Assembly: GCA_041178185.1 (NCBI GenBank)
Contig: JBEGVS010000065.1
Span: 20,615 to 84,614, forward strand
DNA length: 64,000 nucleotides
Reading direction: 5' to 3'
DNA from: Pseudomonadota bacterium
GTDB taxonomy: Bacteria > Bdellovibrionota_C > UBA2361 > OMII01
The translations under genes were made by a program, and so were the position numbers. Below are positions 18,384 through 29,049 of this stretch, one piece after another; position 1 is the first letter of the stretch, and each line of letters begins with the position of its first letter. The notes beneath the pieces are model-generated. The model searched no databases. It saw only the letters and a program-made list of their open reading frames with translations, and was not told where the DNA came from.

Positions 18384-20528
18384 CTACAACCTCCACTTCG
18401 CACTTGAGGATTGATTACCTAGCACGATACGGAAGAGAAGCCCGCAACACACTCCGAACACGAGCGGGGTAACCACCGGGATAAATACCCCTAAAAGGAA
18501 GGCGAGGTATTGCACCGCAAGCGCTCCGATCACGCTGCCAGTAACATAGGCTATGAGCATAGATCGGGATGCAACGAGAATAAGCAGGGATAGACAACCT
18601 GCTAGCATCGCCTGTACACCGACCTCTCTGAAGGAAGCGAATCGCTGAATCCAATCCTTGGAGAGAAGGTTCGAAGCAGCGGTCGCATGAATCTCCGTAC
18701 CGAACGTCATGGAGTCGTATGGAGTTATGAAAGCCTCTTGTTGCGAGGGCCCCGTTCGACTTCGAAGATTGAGACCTACGAAAACTATCTTGTCTTTAAA
18801 TACGTCCGCGGGAAGAGCGCTCTCCTCCGATATCACCATGTAGTATGGCACCGTTGGTATCGTGCGGGAGGGACCATAGAAATTGAGGAGTGAGCGAGCA
18901 TCAGGGCGAGGCTGCTCCTCCTGACCTATACCACTCGCTGCTTCGGCGAGCGTTGGGAGATCGGGAAACATGTCCGAACGTTGCAGTGAGATCCCTCGAA
19001 TACGCCCAAAGGACATGGGCAACACAACGTTCCCTATCCCTAAGGCTTTTTGCGCAAAGATATCGGCTGGACGAATGAGCTGTTCGAGCTGATAGGATCC
19101 ATTGATGGTTGCTTGGAGAGAGAGCCCAGTGGTCGCGCCTAGGATGGTCGGGACTCTCCCGATTGCTGTCGCGAGCTCCTCGTCAACGGCGGCATTCGAT
19201 GATGTATCCGCAAAGATTACATCGAAAACTATCTTCTTTGGTGCATACGACTCCAGCTTACGAAGTAGTTTGGCGTGGAGCTCTCGTGGCCATGCCGAGG
19301 TAAGAGGCACTGAGAGATTGGAATAGCTCTGCTCATCAATACTGATAACTGCGATATCTTCGCGGGGAGTCTTTTCGCCCCGAAGTTGAAAGAGCGTGTT
19401 GAGGTGATCCAATTCAGTTTTTACGGAGATATCCGAAAAACAAAGCGGAACCATACATATCGCAGCTACTACGGAGAGTGTTATTTTAGTCAGCAGCGAG
19501 CCGTGAGTTCCCCTTCCTAGCAACCTGGTACGGAGCGGCTTATCAATTTGAATCTTGTCGATCGTCAACGTATCGGAGGCGAGATTACCTACGAGGGTAT
19601 CCTTCGACGACCTTGGGGCATAAGTGTCCAAAGAGGAAGCGAAGTATGTGACCGCCTTCATACGAATCTTTGGCTCAACCTCAAGGAGTCCCATCAATCC
19701 TTGAGCCAACCACTCGGGGATATCCGCACGAAGCTCCCGCGGATCACGAGGAGCCTCCTCAACCTTTCGCAGCAACAGTCTCGCGGGCACGTCATCATCA
19801 ATAGGAGCCCGTTGCGTTAAGAGCTGGTACACAATAGCGCCAAGCGCATAGTAATCAACTGCGGCGGTCGCTTCCTCCCCAAGTAGGGTCTCAGGTGCGA
19901 GATAGGTTATCGTGCCGATAATCTCCCCTGAATCCGCTGTGATCATCGACGCGCCACCCCGAGCGATTCCGAAGTCCGCGATCTTGAGCTTGCCGCTATC
20001 GTCCATGATGATGTTAGCGGGCTTTAAATCTCGATGTATCACTCCGACCGAATGAATGGCCGAGAGCCCTCGCATAATTTGCGCCGCGATGCTCAAGGCT
20101 CTTTGTATCGGGAAGTTCGGTTCGATGAGAAGTGCATCAAGTGTCACACCGGACAGATACTCCATGGTGTAGAAGAGCGTATCTCCGTCCTGTCCGAAGT
20201 CGAACGTTCGGACCACATTCTCGTGATTAATCTTGTGTGTGAGCCGTACCTCCCGAAGGAAGCGCTGAATATTTTCGTCCCTGAAGTTGCGTCCCCGACG
20301 CAGGACCTTCATCGCAACGATGGTTTCTCCAAGCACCAGGTCCTCGGCGAGATACACCGATGCCATTCCTCCCATACCCAGTGGGCGGAGGATCCGATAG
20401 CGGTTACCGATGATATGTCCCTCAGGAAGGTGCTCTGATGACCCCCCAACCACTGACCCCATGCCCGTGCCTTGCACTCCCTTTTCTACGCACTGCCTCA
20501 TCAGGTCTATCGGCCTAATCCGGGCCAA
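18384..20528 (-). CDS. Membrane Ser/Thr protein kinase with an extracytoplasmic CHASE2 sensor domain and C-terminal transmembrane helices
   Basis: The Hanks kinase motifs are present (VAMKVL, HRDLKPANI, DFG, APE). A transmembrane helix and a CHASE2-like segment follow (WPRELHAKLLRKLESYAPKKIVFDVIF), then 3-4 C-terminal transmembrane helices. Confidence 0.8.
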   Translation of the reverse strand: MARIRPIDLMRQCVEKGVQGTGMGSVVGGSSEHLPEGHIIGNRYRILRPLGMGGMASVYLAEDLVLGETIVAMKVLRRGRNFRDENIQRFLREVRLTHKINHENVVRTFDFGQDGDTLFYTMEYLSGVTLDALLIEPNFPIQRALSIAAQIMRGLSAIHSVGVIHRDLKPANIIMDDSGKLKIADFGIARGGASMITADSGEIIGTITYLAPETLLGEEATAAVDYYALGAIVYQLLTQRAPIDDDVPARLLLRKVEEAPRDPRELRADIPEWLAQGLMGLLEVEPKIRMKAVTYFASSLDTYAPRSSKDTLVGNLASDTLTIDKIQIDKPLRTRLLGRGTHGSLLTKITLSVVAAICMVPLCFSDISVKTELDHLNTLFQLRGEKTPREDIAVISIDEQSYSNLSVPLTSAWPRELHAKLLRKLESYAPKKIVFDVIFADTSSNAAVDEELATAIGRVPTILGATTGLSLQATINGSYQLEQLIRPADIFAQKALGIGNVVLPMSFGRIRGISLQRSDMFPDLPTLAEAASGIGQEEQPRPDARSLLNFYGPSRTIPTVPYYMVISEESALPADVFKDKIVFVGLNLRSRTGPSQQEAFITPYDSMTFGTEIHATAASNLLSKDWIQRFASFREVGVQAMLAGCLSLLILVASRSMLIAYVTGSVIGALAVQYLAFLLGVFIPVVTPLVFGVCCGLLFRIVLGNQSSSAKWRL

Positions 20529-20608
20529 ACATTCGGACTAAAATTCATTTATCTGAAGCTGCGCCTACTTTTGAGGCATCTCATCGGCAGGGGAGAAACG
20601 CACCTACC

Positions 20609-23600
20609 ATGCCTAAACTACTGAAACATATAGGGCTGAGTGTCCTCGCGCTCATCGTGTGGGGGACTTGGACCCTTCCCGCATGGGGTGAAGGCCAACC
20701 CGTGGCAAAGGTGTACCTCGCCGAGGGGTCGGTCGAGGTTCGTCGACACAGTGCGACCGCCTGGAGCCCTCTGGCCACCGGCGACCCCCTCAATGAAGGT
20801 GATACCGTAAGGACTGGGGGCGATGGTCAAGCGGCGTTCAAATTCGTTGATGGCGCCCTCGTCCGAATTGGCCGCCTTTCCGCGCTCACCTTTAACTCAG
20901 TAGGCGATGCGACGCGTCCGGAAATGACACAACACAAGGGGCGCGCATTCTTCTTCTCTCGCGGTTCACGAACAGAACCCTCGATTAAAACACCTTATGC
21001 AACCGCCGCCATTTATGGCACAGAACTGATTGTCGACGTGAGCGATGACCAAACACGCTTCGACGTACTTCACGGATCCATAAAAGCTTCCAATTCCAAA
21101 GGGGAGGAAAGCGGAACCGCTGGAGAGAGCATTACCGCTCGGAAGGGTCTCTCGCTCACCAAAACGATACTGGTAAAACCAGCTGATGCCGTACAGTGGA
21201 TGATCCGGTTCCCCTTCATCGTTACCACCCACGACCTCGTACCGGCTCCCGATTCCACATGTTCCTCGCGGTGTGTCGAACAACTAACCCAAGCCATCAC
21301 ACACGCAGGAAATGGAAGCACCCTGTACGCCCAACTGCAGGGCCTCCCTCGGGAGGTACAATCTCTTCCACGTACGCAGATCCTTACGGCGATCGCCCTC
21401 TGGCAGGTAGGCGATACCTCAGCCGCCAAGTCTATCCTCTCACGCTTAGGCACGTCTCTTAGCGATCGAGACAATGCGCTCCGGCTTCTCCTACTCGGAT
21501 TCTCAGCTCTCCAAGCAAACGATCTGCACGCCGCACAAGCTCACCTAGAGCAAGCTGAATCGAAACTACCCGGGCTAGCCAACGCGGCACTCCTCCATTC
21601 GTACATAGCGCAGGGCTCCGGAGCGCTTGATGACGCAATCGATATCACCACGACCGCACGAGAGAGATTTCCAACCGAGCCGATCTTTCTGGATAGAAGC
21701 TCTGAACTCCTCCTTTCTGCGGATCGGTATGAGGAAGCGACTAACCTGATCGAACAACGCTCAGCTCGATTCGGTTCCGGCTCAATGTCAACGACGCTCG
21801 CCGGCTTTGCGGCCCTGGCCAACAAGGAGTACGAACGAGCGCAGGATCTCTTCGAATCCGCCACCCGCCAGGATCCCTCACAGTCCCTCCCCTACCTCGG
21901 ATCGTCGCTTATAAGCGCTCATAATCGCGACTATTCCACCGCCAAAGATAAACTCTCTCAAGCGGTCCAATTAGACCCTTCCGTTTCGGTATATCGCTCC
22001 TATCTCGGCAAGCTCTTCTTCGAAGATGAGCAATCGCCAAGAGCGCTCCAAGAGTTCGATGCAGCGGTTGCGATGGATCCGAACGATCCCACCCCGTACC
22101 TCTATCGTTCCTACGCGAAGGTCGCGGAAAACGATCCGATAGGTGGATTACGAGACGTGGAGGCATCCATCGCTCGAAATGAAGGTCGGGCCGTATATCG
22201 CTCAAGTCTCTTACTCGACCGAGACCTTGGCGTCCGAAGCGCTGGCCTCGCTCGTACCTTCAATGAACTCGGCTTCTCAGAGGCTGCCAGAGTTGAAGCT
22301 ATTAAATCTATTACGGACGACTACACAAATTTCTCCGCACACAGACTTCTCGGCGATTCGTATCAATCGATCATGGATACCGAGGCAAACCTCTCCGAGA
22401 AACGAATCGCCGACCTGCTCGCGCCTTTGAGCTTCAACCTCTTCAACAGCGTCGGAGAGTTCCCTACGTTAGGAGACTACAACGCACTCTTTGATAAAAA
22501 GGAAACTCGAAGAGCGATTGAGTCTACCTGGAACTCCAACCACGATCAGATCTCAGGCTCCCTTCTTGCCGTAGGCAGGGGTGATGAGTACGGCTATCTC
22601 TTAAACTATCGTCCGTACTATGCAAACGGATCCCGAAACGGATCCTATTTCGGCGATAACCTGTTTCGCGGAGCTCTACAGTACGAACCGAATCCCGAGG
22701 ACCGCTTTATCATCGATACGACCTTCAAATTGCGCGAGCTCAATGGATCTGAGTCGGGAGACTACTCCGAGGATGCGCATCTAGGGAGTGCCCGCCTCGG
22801 GTATCACCATCGCTTCGCGACTAACCTAAAGTTCCTCATGCAGGGTGAGTACGCTCGAGACAGTGAGCGTACGAGCGAATATACCGGGCGGCTGGTAGGC
22901 GTAGACGTTCCTGGAGAACCGAACGAATTCGATACAGAGGCCTACCTCAACGAAAGTGCTAAACAACGGGTAGCTCGAAGCAGCCTCTCAAATCAATTAA
23001 TATACACCTCACACTACCTTGATTCGGTATCTGGTGTTGATGGTATGTACGTCGATTCAAGTCGACGAGAGGACTCGCCGGTTGACGGCATGGAGTATTT
23101 CCCTCCTCCACAGAGCCTTATCAGCAGCAGTGCGGGCAATCTAACGAGTGGCGAGGTATACGAGTATCTTTCCCTCAAGGCTCCCCGCTATGCGACGTTA
23201 ACCCTTGGAGTAAGCGCAAATCATCTTGAACGAGATCTCACGGAGGTGCCACCATTCCTCGATGGAACTGACACCATCAACAAAGTGGATCCGAAGATCG
23301 GCTTGGTACTTACTCCTTCATCTTGGATCACCGGTCGTTTCGCCTACTTTGAGACGACAAACAAGACCGTTCTCGAGGATCTGAGTAGCTTGGAACCGAC
23401 ACTTGTAGGGGGTATCAATCAGCGATTCAACGATCTCAGTGGCGCTCAGAGTCGGAATCTCGGATTCGGTCTCGATCTCAAGGATCCGAATTTTATGTAC
23501 GTCGGAGCTCAGTATACCCGTCGGCACATCATCGACTCCTTCGGGGAAGTTCAAAATATCCTCTCGTATGACGGCGAGTCGACCGTTCAACTTCCATCCC

Positions 23601-24055
23601 GTAGTTATGGCCTTCAGGATAGTCATGCTGACTCTGACATCTTGCGCGGTTATGTCTACACCGTACTCACCGACACCTCGGTTCTGACGGCGGATTCTTT
23701 GTATGAGCGTTTCTCTGAAACGGACGACGCCCTGCTCAATAACACAGACATCGACGCAGCTATCTCAACCCAGCGATACCGCTTCGGATACCGTTACTTC
23801 ATCGGGAAACACTTCTCGGTCTCAACCCAAGCTACCTACCGCGATCAGCAACTTCTTCATACCGATGATCCAAACGGCTTCTGGCTCTTCGATCTTGGAA
23901 CAAGCTACCGATTCTCTGAACAACACGGACGCATATTCGCGCGAATCGATAACTTACTTGACCGAGACTTCACCTACGATCAAAGCAGAGGCATAGAGCC
24001 TGAGGTGCTTCAGGGCCGTTCATTTGTTGTCGGAATTACGTACAATTTCTTTTAA
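20609..24055 (+). CDS. Large secreted protein of 1148 aa. It combines a signal peptide, a FecR-like domain, TPR repeats and a C-terminal beta-barrel that ends in Phe, so it is probably an outer-membrane protein.
   Basis: A signal peptide is followed by the FecR-like segment YLAEGSVEVRR...GDTVRTGGDGQAAFKF. Many TPR-like helices follow. The C-terminal ~450 aa show alternating-hydrophobic beta-strand patterning and end in ...GITYNFF. Confidence 0.65.
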   Translation: MPKLLKHIGLSVLALIVWGTWTLPAWGEGQPVAKVYLAEGSVEVRRHSATAWSPLATGDPLNEGDTVRTGGDGQAAFKFVDGALVRIGRLSALTFNSVGDATRPEMTQHKGRAFFFSRGSRTEPSIKTPYATAAIYGTELIVDVSDDQTRFDVLHGSIKASNSKGEESGTAGESITARKGLSLTKTILVKPADAVQWMIRFPFIVTTHDLVPAPDSTCSSRCVEQLTQAITHAGNGSTLYAQLQGLPREVQSLPRTQILTAIALWQVGDTSAAKSILSRLGTSLSDRDNALRLLLLGFSALQANDLHAAQAHLEQAESKLPGLANAALLHSYIAQGSGALDDAIDITTTARERFPTEPIFLDRSSELLLSADRYEEATNLIEQRSARFGSGSMSTTLAGFAALANKEYERAQDLFESATRQDPSQSLPYLGSSLISAHNRDYSTAKDKLSQAVQLDPSVSVYRSYLGKLFFEDEQSPRALQEFDAAVAMDPNDPTPYLYRSYAKVAENDPIGGLRDVEASIARNEGRAVYRSSLLLDRDLGVRSAGLARTFNELGFSEAARVEAIKSITDDYTNFSAHRLLGDSYQSIMDTEANLSEKRIADLLAPLSFNLFNSVGEFPTLGDYNALFDKKETRRAIESTWNSNHDQISGSLLAVGRGDEYGYLLNYRPYYANGSRNGSYFGDNLFRGALQYEPNPEDRFIIDTTFKLRELNGSESGDYSEDAHLGSARLGYHHRFATNLKFLMQGEYARDSERTSEYTGRLVGVDVPGEPNEFDTEAYLNESAKQRVARSSLSNQLIYTSHYLDSVSGVDGMYVDSSRREDSPVDGMEYFPPPQSLISSSAGNLTSGEVYEYLSLKAPRYATLTLGVSANHLERDLTEVPPFLDGTDTINKVDPKIGLVLTPSSWITGRFAYFETTNKTVLEDLSSLEPTLVGGINQRFNDLSGAQSRNLGFGLDLKDPNFMYVGAQYTRRHIIDSFGEVQNILSYDGESTVQLPSRSYGLQDSHADSDILRGYVYTVLTDTSVLTADSLYERFSETDDALLNNTDIDAAISTQRYRFGYRYFIGKHFSVSTQATYRDQQLLHTDDPNGFWLFDLGTSYRFSEQHGRIFARIDNLLDRDFTYDQSRGIEPEVLQGRSFVVGITYNFF

Positions 24056-24160
24056 ATCACCCCTTAGGGTCTAGCCGGGCGATGAAAGAGGACCTTTCAT
24101 GGCTCAGTTGGATAGCTTGACTGCAACTCCGATGTAACGCCTTCGTTTTTCACCACCCTG

Positions 24161-25009
24161 CTAGGGCTTAAGGTCCTCGACGGCCTCAGGATCAAGCTCA
24201 ATAGTTGCGACCCGAGTTACAGGGCCCTCCATCCGAATAGAGAAATCGGGGCCTATATCAATCCGTATCGTGCCACCGGGCATCCTGACCGTAATCCGAT
24301 CATCAACAAGACCAAGCTTATGAGCCACAGCAGCGGCGGCGGAGCTGCTGCTACCAGATGCAAGGGTATACCCCGCTCCCCGTTCCCAGATCTGGATCGA
24401 GATGGTAGCGCGATCGATCACCTCCAAAAATTGAACATTGGTTCGATTTGGAAAGAGGGGATGCGTTTCGAGGAGCGGGCCGAACGCTCGTGCACTCTCC
24501 TCGGTCGATGGAATATTGAGTACCACACAGTGAGGATTACCTACTGTTGCAGCACAAAATCGCACCGCTGTGCCGTTGATGGATATCTCCTCCCCCATGA
24601 CCTCTCGAGGCTGCCCTTGAACCGGAATATACTCGCTCCGAAAACTGACGCGCCCCATATCAACAGTTACAACACGTCCTTGCTGAGAGACAAGACATGT
24701 GACCCGCCCCCCAGCCGTATCGACGGTGAAGGGCTTGTCGGCAACGAGCTTAGAGTCCCACAAATAGCGCGCAAAGATACGGAGACCGTTCCCACTTTTT
24801 TCCGCCTCTGATCCATCAGGATTAATAATTCGAAGGCGAAAAGCCACGCTAGGTTCACAATCTTCATGGACCAAGATGCCGTCCGAACCTATCCCGAAAT
24901 TTCGGTGACAAATTCGTCGCGAAAGCGCCGGGGTGAGCGGAGCCTTACATTCAGAGGCGCGAACAACGAGGTAATCGTTTCCAAGAGCGTGATAGCGATA
25001 GAATTTCAT
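24161..25009 (-). CDS. dapF: Diaminopimelate epimerase
   Basis: MKFYRYHALGNDYLVV N-terminus; both catalytic-Cys regions are present (NPDGSEAEKSGNG, TLASGSSS). The start is taken at MKFY; the ORF track extends to 25114. Confidence 0.8.
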   Translation of the reverse strand: MKFYRYHALGNDYLVVRASECKAPLTPALSRRICHRNFGIGSDGILVHEDCEPSVAFRLRIINPDGSEAEKSGNGLRIFARYLWDSKLVADKPFTVDTAGGRVTCLVSQQGRVVTVDMGRVSFRSEYIPVQGQPREVMGEEISINGTAVRFCAATVGNPHCVVLNIPSTEESARAFGPLLETHPLFPNRTNVQFLEVIDRATISIQIWERGAGYTLASGSSSSAAAAVAHKLGLVDDRITVRMPGGTIRIDIGPDFSIRMEGPVTRVATIELDPEAVEDLKP

Positions 25010-25330
25010 GCGAGAGGAGCCTAGCATCGGACCATGGGTGATTCCAGGGGAATCAAGCCCACGGGGTGGGTCCAGGGCGACGATTTTTAACGATGTGGGG
25101 CCCCAAAGGAGCACATGTATTCGGTTCGAACCGATTCCTGTGGTTTAAACCCCATCAACTGCCCCGTTCACTAAACCGATACTCCTCACTAAACCGCCGC
25201 TCCACAGTGCGGTGCGCTTGTTCCATCCTTCCATGATGGAGCCAACGTCAAGACCGATAGGTCGCAGATCGCCGTGAGATGAAGCCGCTTATCTCTAGCA
25301 AAGGCTTTTCCAGGGCGTTACTATCCGGCT

Positions 25331-26506
25331 ATGTCCTCGACATATGAACATGCAACCTGCGCCTACTTCTCCGCTGGAACCTGCGGTTCATGCGCTCTTC
25401 TTGGAGTCGAGGCGGGGAAGCGCATTGCGACCAAAGAGAGCAAGGTTCTTAAGGTGCTTACCGACCGTGGGATTAGCCCCAAAGTAGTCGAGGCGATATA
25501 TGTTCCCCCATCACCCTGGGGCTCGCGATGCAAAACCAAGGTAAGCGTGACTGGTACCCTTGAGGCTCCCTCGCTTGGAATCGTTCGCTCCGACCTTTCA
25601 ACTCAGGACCTCTCTGAATGCCCCCTTACTCCGCCACAGGTTCAGAAACTCTTCGCCACCCTCAAGGTGATAATAAAGGAAGCAGGTCTTACCCCCTACT
25701 CCATCCAGGAGAGAAAAGGCGAGCTCAAGCACCTTATCGTAATGAACAACCACGACGGGTCTGAGGGCATACTCCGATTCGTTCTGAGAAGCTCAGAGGC
25801 GATTCCGCGCATAACCAAGAAAGTAATGGAGCTACAAACCAAGCATCCATGGATCAGGGTTGTGAGCTGTAACATACAACCTATTCCCGCAGCGGTCCTT
25901 GAGGGACCAGAGGAGCACATACTCACCCAGCAACGTTCCATCGATGTTCATTACAACGACGTCGTTCTCTCCTTCATGCCTCAATCATTCATGCAAGTAA
26001 CCCACGAGGTAGCGAAAGCGCTCTACCACCGAGCCTCGGTCTACGTCCGAGAGAACTCGTTCTCGCACGCACTCGATCTCTTCTGCGGGGTTGGAGGATT
26101 CTCTCTTTCCATCGCATCCTCTGTTCCTCACGTAACAGGTGTTGAGGTTTCCCCTATGGCGGTTGAGAGCGCACGTAGCTCTGCCTCTCGCCTTGCCGCC
26201 TCAAACGCCTCGTTTCTGGCCGAGGATGTAGAGGCTTTTCTCTCTCGCCCCTTACTCCATGAGCCCGACCTCGTTATCGTTAATCCACCACGTCGCGGAC
26301 TCTCCCAAAACATTCGCACGCGGCTGAGAGAGCTTAGTCCGTCAGTTATCGTGTACTCGAGTTGTGATCCGGAGAGCTTTGCTCGAGACCTTACCGATCT
26401 CACCCAGGACTACACCCTCGCGACCCTAGCCCCTTTCGACATGTTCCCTATGACCAGCCATTGTGAGGTCCTTGGTATTCTGGAGAGGAAAGAAGGCGCC
26501 GGCTAA
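25331..26506 (+). CDS. rlmC: 23S rRNA (uracil-C5)-methyltransferase of the RumA/RlmC family. It has the Fe-S Cys cluster and no TRAM domain, which makes it RlmC-like.
   Basis: An N-terminal CxxxxxxCxxC cluster. SAM-binding motif DLFCGVGGFSL. The catalytic region reads VNPPRRG ... SSCDP. Confidence 0.7.
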   Translation: MSSTYEHATCAYFSAGTCGSCALLGVEAGKRIATKESKVLKVLTDRGISPKVVEAIYVPPSPWGSRCKTKVSVTGTLEAPSLGIVRSDLSTQDLSECPLTPPQVQKLFATLKVIIKEAGLTPYSIQERKGELKHLIVMNNHDGSEGILRFVLRSSEAIPRITKKVMELQTKHPWIRVVSCNIQPIPAAVLEGPEEHILTQQRSIDVHYNDVVLSFMPQSFMQVTHEVAKALYHRASVYVRENSFSHALDLFCGVGGFSLSIASSVPHVTGVEVSPMAVESARSSASRLAASNASFLAEDVEAFLSRPLLHEPDLVIVNPPRRGLSQNIRTRLRELSPSVIVYSSCDPESFARDLTDLTQDYTLATLAPFDMFPMTSHCEVLGILERKEGAG

Positions 26507-26661
26507 TACACGCGTCCCACAGCCATCACACGACCGCTCGCGCGAGTTGTTGTGAGCAACGCGACATATCGGTGCTGTGCGGTTCTCAGGGCACCAAAGC
26601 ATTCGATGATTCGAGCCCCCGGCCGAGGAGCGACACGTTTCGCGACTAGGGGGCCTCTAGC

Positions 26662-28080
26662 TTACTCCCACTCGGTGTGGAAGGCGCCTGTCTTATCGGT
26701 CCGCTCATAGGTGTGCGCACCAAAAAAGTCCCGCTGTGCCTGCGTAAGGTTCTGAGGAAGCGCCGCCGTACGGAAGCTATCGAAGTACCCAAGCGATGCT
26801 GCAAAGCCCAGAACCGGAACGCCACGACTTACAGCGGTGCCCACAACCTTTCTCAGGTTAGGCACACACCGCGTGACCTCTGCCTTCATGAAGGAATCGA
26901 GCAACAGATTTGATGGAGCCGGATTCGACGAGAACGCGCGGCGGATCTCATCAAGGAACTTTGCACGAATAATACAACCGCCTTTCCACATCGCAGCGAT
27001 CTCGTGGAGCTTGAGATCCCAATTCCACTGCTTGGAAGCGGCAGCGATAAGATTCATCCCTTGCGCGTACGACATAATCTTCGAGGCGTACAATGCATCA
27101 TGCACCGCTGCGATAAACTCGTCGCGCTTACCCGTGAAGTCCTCAACTGCAGGGCCTTTAAATTCCTTTGAGGCGATCACTCGCTCATCTTTGATGCTAC
27201 TCAAGGTGCGGGCATCAACGGCGGACGAGATGGTTGGAATAGAGATACCGAGGTCGAGCGCTACCTGTGCGGTCCACATTCCGGTGCCCTTTTGTCCGGC
27301 CTTATCGAGGATCTTATCTACCAGGAACCCAGCACCTTCAGGATCCTTCTTAGCGAATATCTTTGCAGTAATTTCGATGAGGTAGGATGACAGCACGCCT
27401 TTATTCCACGTACCAAAGATAGAGGCGAGCTCCTCCGGCTTGCATCCTACGACGTTGCGAAGGATGTCGTACGCTTCGGCAATTAGCTGCATATCGCCGT
27501 ACTCAATTCCATTGTGAACCATCTTCACAAAGTGCCCTGCACCGTCCGGTCCGACATAGTTTGTGCACGCACCATCAGCTTGGGCCGCTATCTTCTCAAG
27601 GAGGGGGGCCACGATCTTCCATGCATCGCGAGGACCACCCGGCATGAGACTTGGCCCTTTAAGCGCTCCCTCTTCGCCACCAGAGATTCCGATGCCGAGA
27701 AAGTTAAGCCCCATCGCCTTGAGCTTATTCTCGCGACGTATGGTATCTTTAAAGTAGGCGTTGCCTCCGTCGATAACGATATCTCCTTTATCGAGAAGTG
27801 GTGCGAGTTGGTCGATGACTGCATCAGTTCCAGCCCCAGCTTTCACCATGATGAATATCTGGCGAGGAGCCTTCATGCTCGTAACGAACTCTTCCATAGT
27901 GTAGGAGGCGACAAACCCTGCGGGCTTTCCGTCGTGCGTTCCGAACTTCGCCATGAACTCTTTGGTGACTTCGCCAGTGCGATTGTAGACAGCTACGGGG
28001 AATCCGCGACTCTCGATGTTTCGAGCCAAATTAGAGCCCATCACTGCCAGACCGATCATTCCAACGCTTGGTTGCGACAT
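26662..28080 (-). CDS. gnd: 6-phosphogluconate dehydrogenase (decarboxylating)
   Basis: IGLAVMGSNLARN Rossmann motif; it matches Gnd over its full 472-aa length. Confidence 0.93.
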   Translation of the reverse strand: MSQPSVGMIGLAVMGSNLARNIESRGFPVAVYNRTGEVTKEFMAKFGTHDGKPAGFVASYTMEEFVTSMKAPRQIFIMVKAGAGTDAVIDQLAPLLDKGDIVIDGGNAYFKDTIRRENKLKAMGLNFLGIGISGGEEGALKGPSLMPGGPRDAWKIVAPLLEKIAAQADGACTNYVGPDGAGHFVKMVHNGIEYGDMQLIAEAYDILRNVVGCKPEELASIFGTWNKGVLSSYLIEITAKIFAKKDPEGAGFLVDKILDKAGQKGTGMWTAQVALDLGISIPTISSAVDARTLSSIKDERVIASKEFKGPAVEDFTGKRDEFIAAVHDALYASKIMSYAQGMNLIAAASKQWNWDLKLHEIAAMWKGGCIIRAKFLDEIRRAFSSNPAPSNLLLDSFMKAEVTRCVPNLRKVVGTAVSRGVPVLGFAASLGYFDSFRTAALPQNLTQAQRDFFGAHTYERTDKTGAFHTEWE

Positions 28081-28263
28081 ACTTCTTCCTTAGTAGTAAA
28101 CTGGCTCACCCCCTCAACGACCGCCTCTCTCACATTGACCTGGGAGCGAAGGGCGAACCTCATCTGCAGCATCATCACACCAGCGCGGGCAGTAGAGGCC
28201 TTACGGGCTAGGAGATAACGCTGGGGGGAGCGTAATTATCAAGGACGACAATAGGATAAATGC

Positions 28264-29049
28264 TCACTCAGATCCACTGTTCAAACGGTCTCTCAGAGAG
28301 GAAACGGTCACGTGCGCCCCTCCCCGCTCTACCTGGAAAACGGTGCCCTCGACTAATTCGACGCACGAAAGCAGGTTTCCGTAGACCAGGCCCGTATCAA
28401 TACCTATTTTAAAAGGCATATGGAGCATGACATCAGCGAAGGGGGTATGGCCAAAAACCACTGTTTTCCCCATCTTATGCTCAACCGGAATGAACTCTCC
28501 CCGAATCCACATGAGATCGTGCGTTTTCTGATCGTTCAATTCCCGACCGGGATGTATACCGGCATGGACGAACAAAAACTCCCCGATCGAAACCCCCGTC
28601 TCGAGAGAGGTCAAAAAGCGAAGATGCTCAGGAGGAAGACTCTTGGCGACCTCCGAAAGAGGCCCAGTGGGCTCAATACCGTAGCTTTTAAAAAATTCGT
28701 TCCCCCCATTCATGAGGTATACGTCTCCTGAACTGCCACCCATGCCCAGGAAGCCTAAGAGCATATCCTCATGATTACCTTTCAGGAAAACGGTCTTAGG
28801 ATACTCCGCTTTCCACCCCAACAACGTATCAATAACCCCTTTGGAATCCGGCCCTCGATCAATGAAGTCCCCGATGAATATGAATTGGTCAGCTTTGGTG
28901 GTTTGGTGTTGTGAACGGAGGGAATGGAGCAGGGTTTTAAGCTCGTCGTTGCAACCGTGGATGTCCCCAAACGCGAAGACTCGCGGCGACCTGTCCTTCA
29001 CCGCCCGAATCTCCGCAAGGTCGGAATCCTTTTTTCTGTTATTTTTCAT
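28264..29049 (-). CDS. Metallophosphoesterase, PPP-family Ser/Thr phosphatase or ApaH-like diadenosine tetraphosphatase
   Basis: Motifs [16 protein letters not shown] and GNHE are present. Confidence 0.75.
   Translation of the reverse strand: MKNNRKKDSDLAEIRAVKDRSPRVFAFGDIHGCNDELKTLLHSLRSQHQTTKADQFIFIGDFIDRGPDSKGVIDTLLGWKAEYPKTVFLKGNHEDMLLGFLGMGGSSGDVYLMNGGNEFFKSYGIEPTGPLSEVAKSLPPEHLRFLTSLETGVSIGEFLFVHAGIHPGRELNDQKTHDLMWIRGEFIPVEHKMGKTVVFGHTPFADVMLHMPFKIGIDTGLVYGNLLSCVELVEGTVFQVERGGAHVTVSSLRDRLNSGSE

Noticed and set aside
24085-24135. tRNA D-loop-like sequence ggctcagttggatagc between the OMP gene and dapF
   Set aside because: The D-stem does not pair (gctc ... agct). No TTCGAATCC-type T-loop follows within 76 nt. 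There is a short 7-bp hairpin (atgaaag/ctttcat) just upstream; it is probably terminator-related and not a tRNA.
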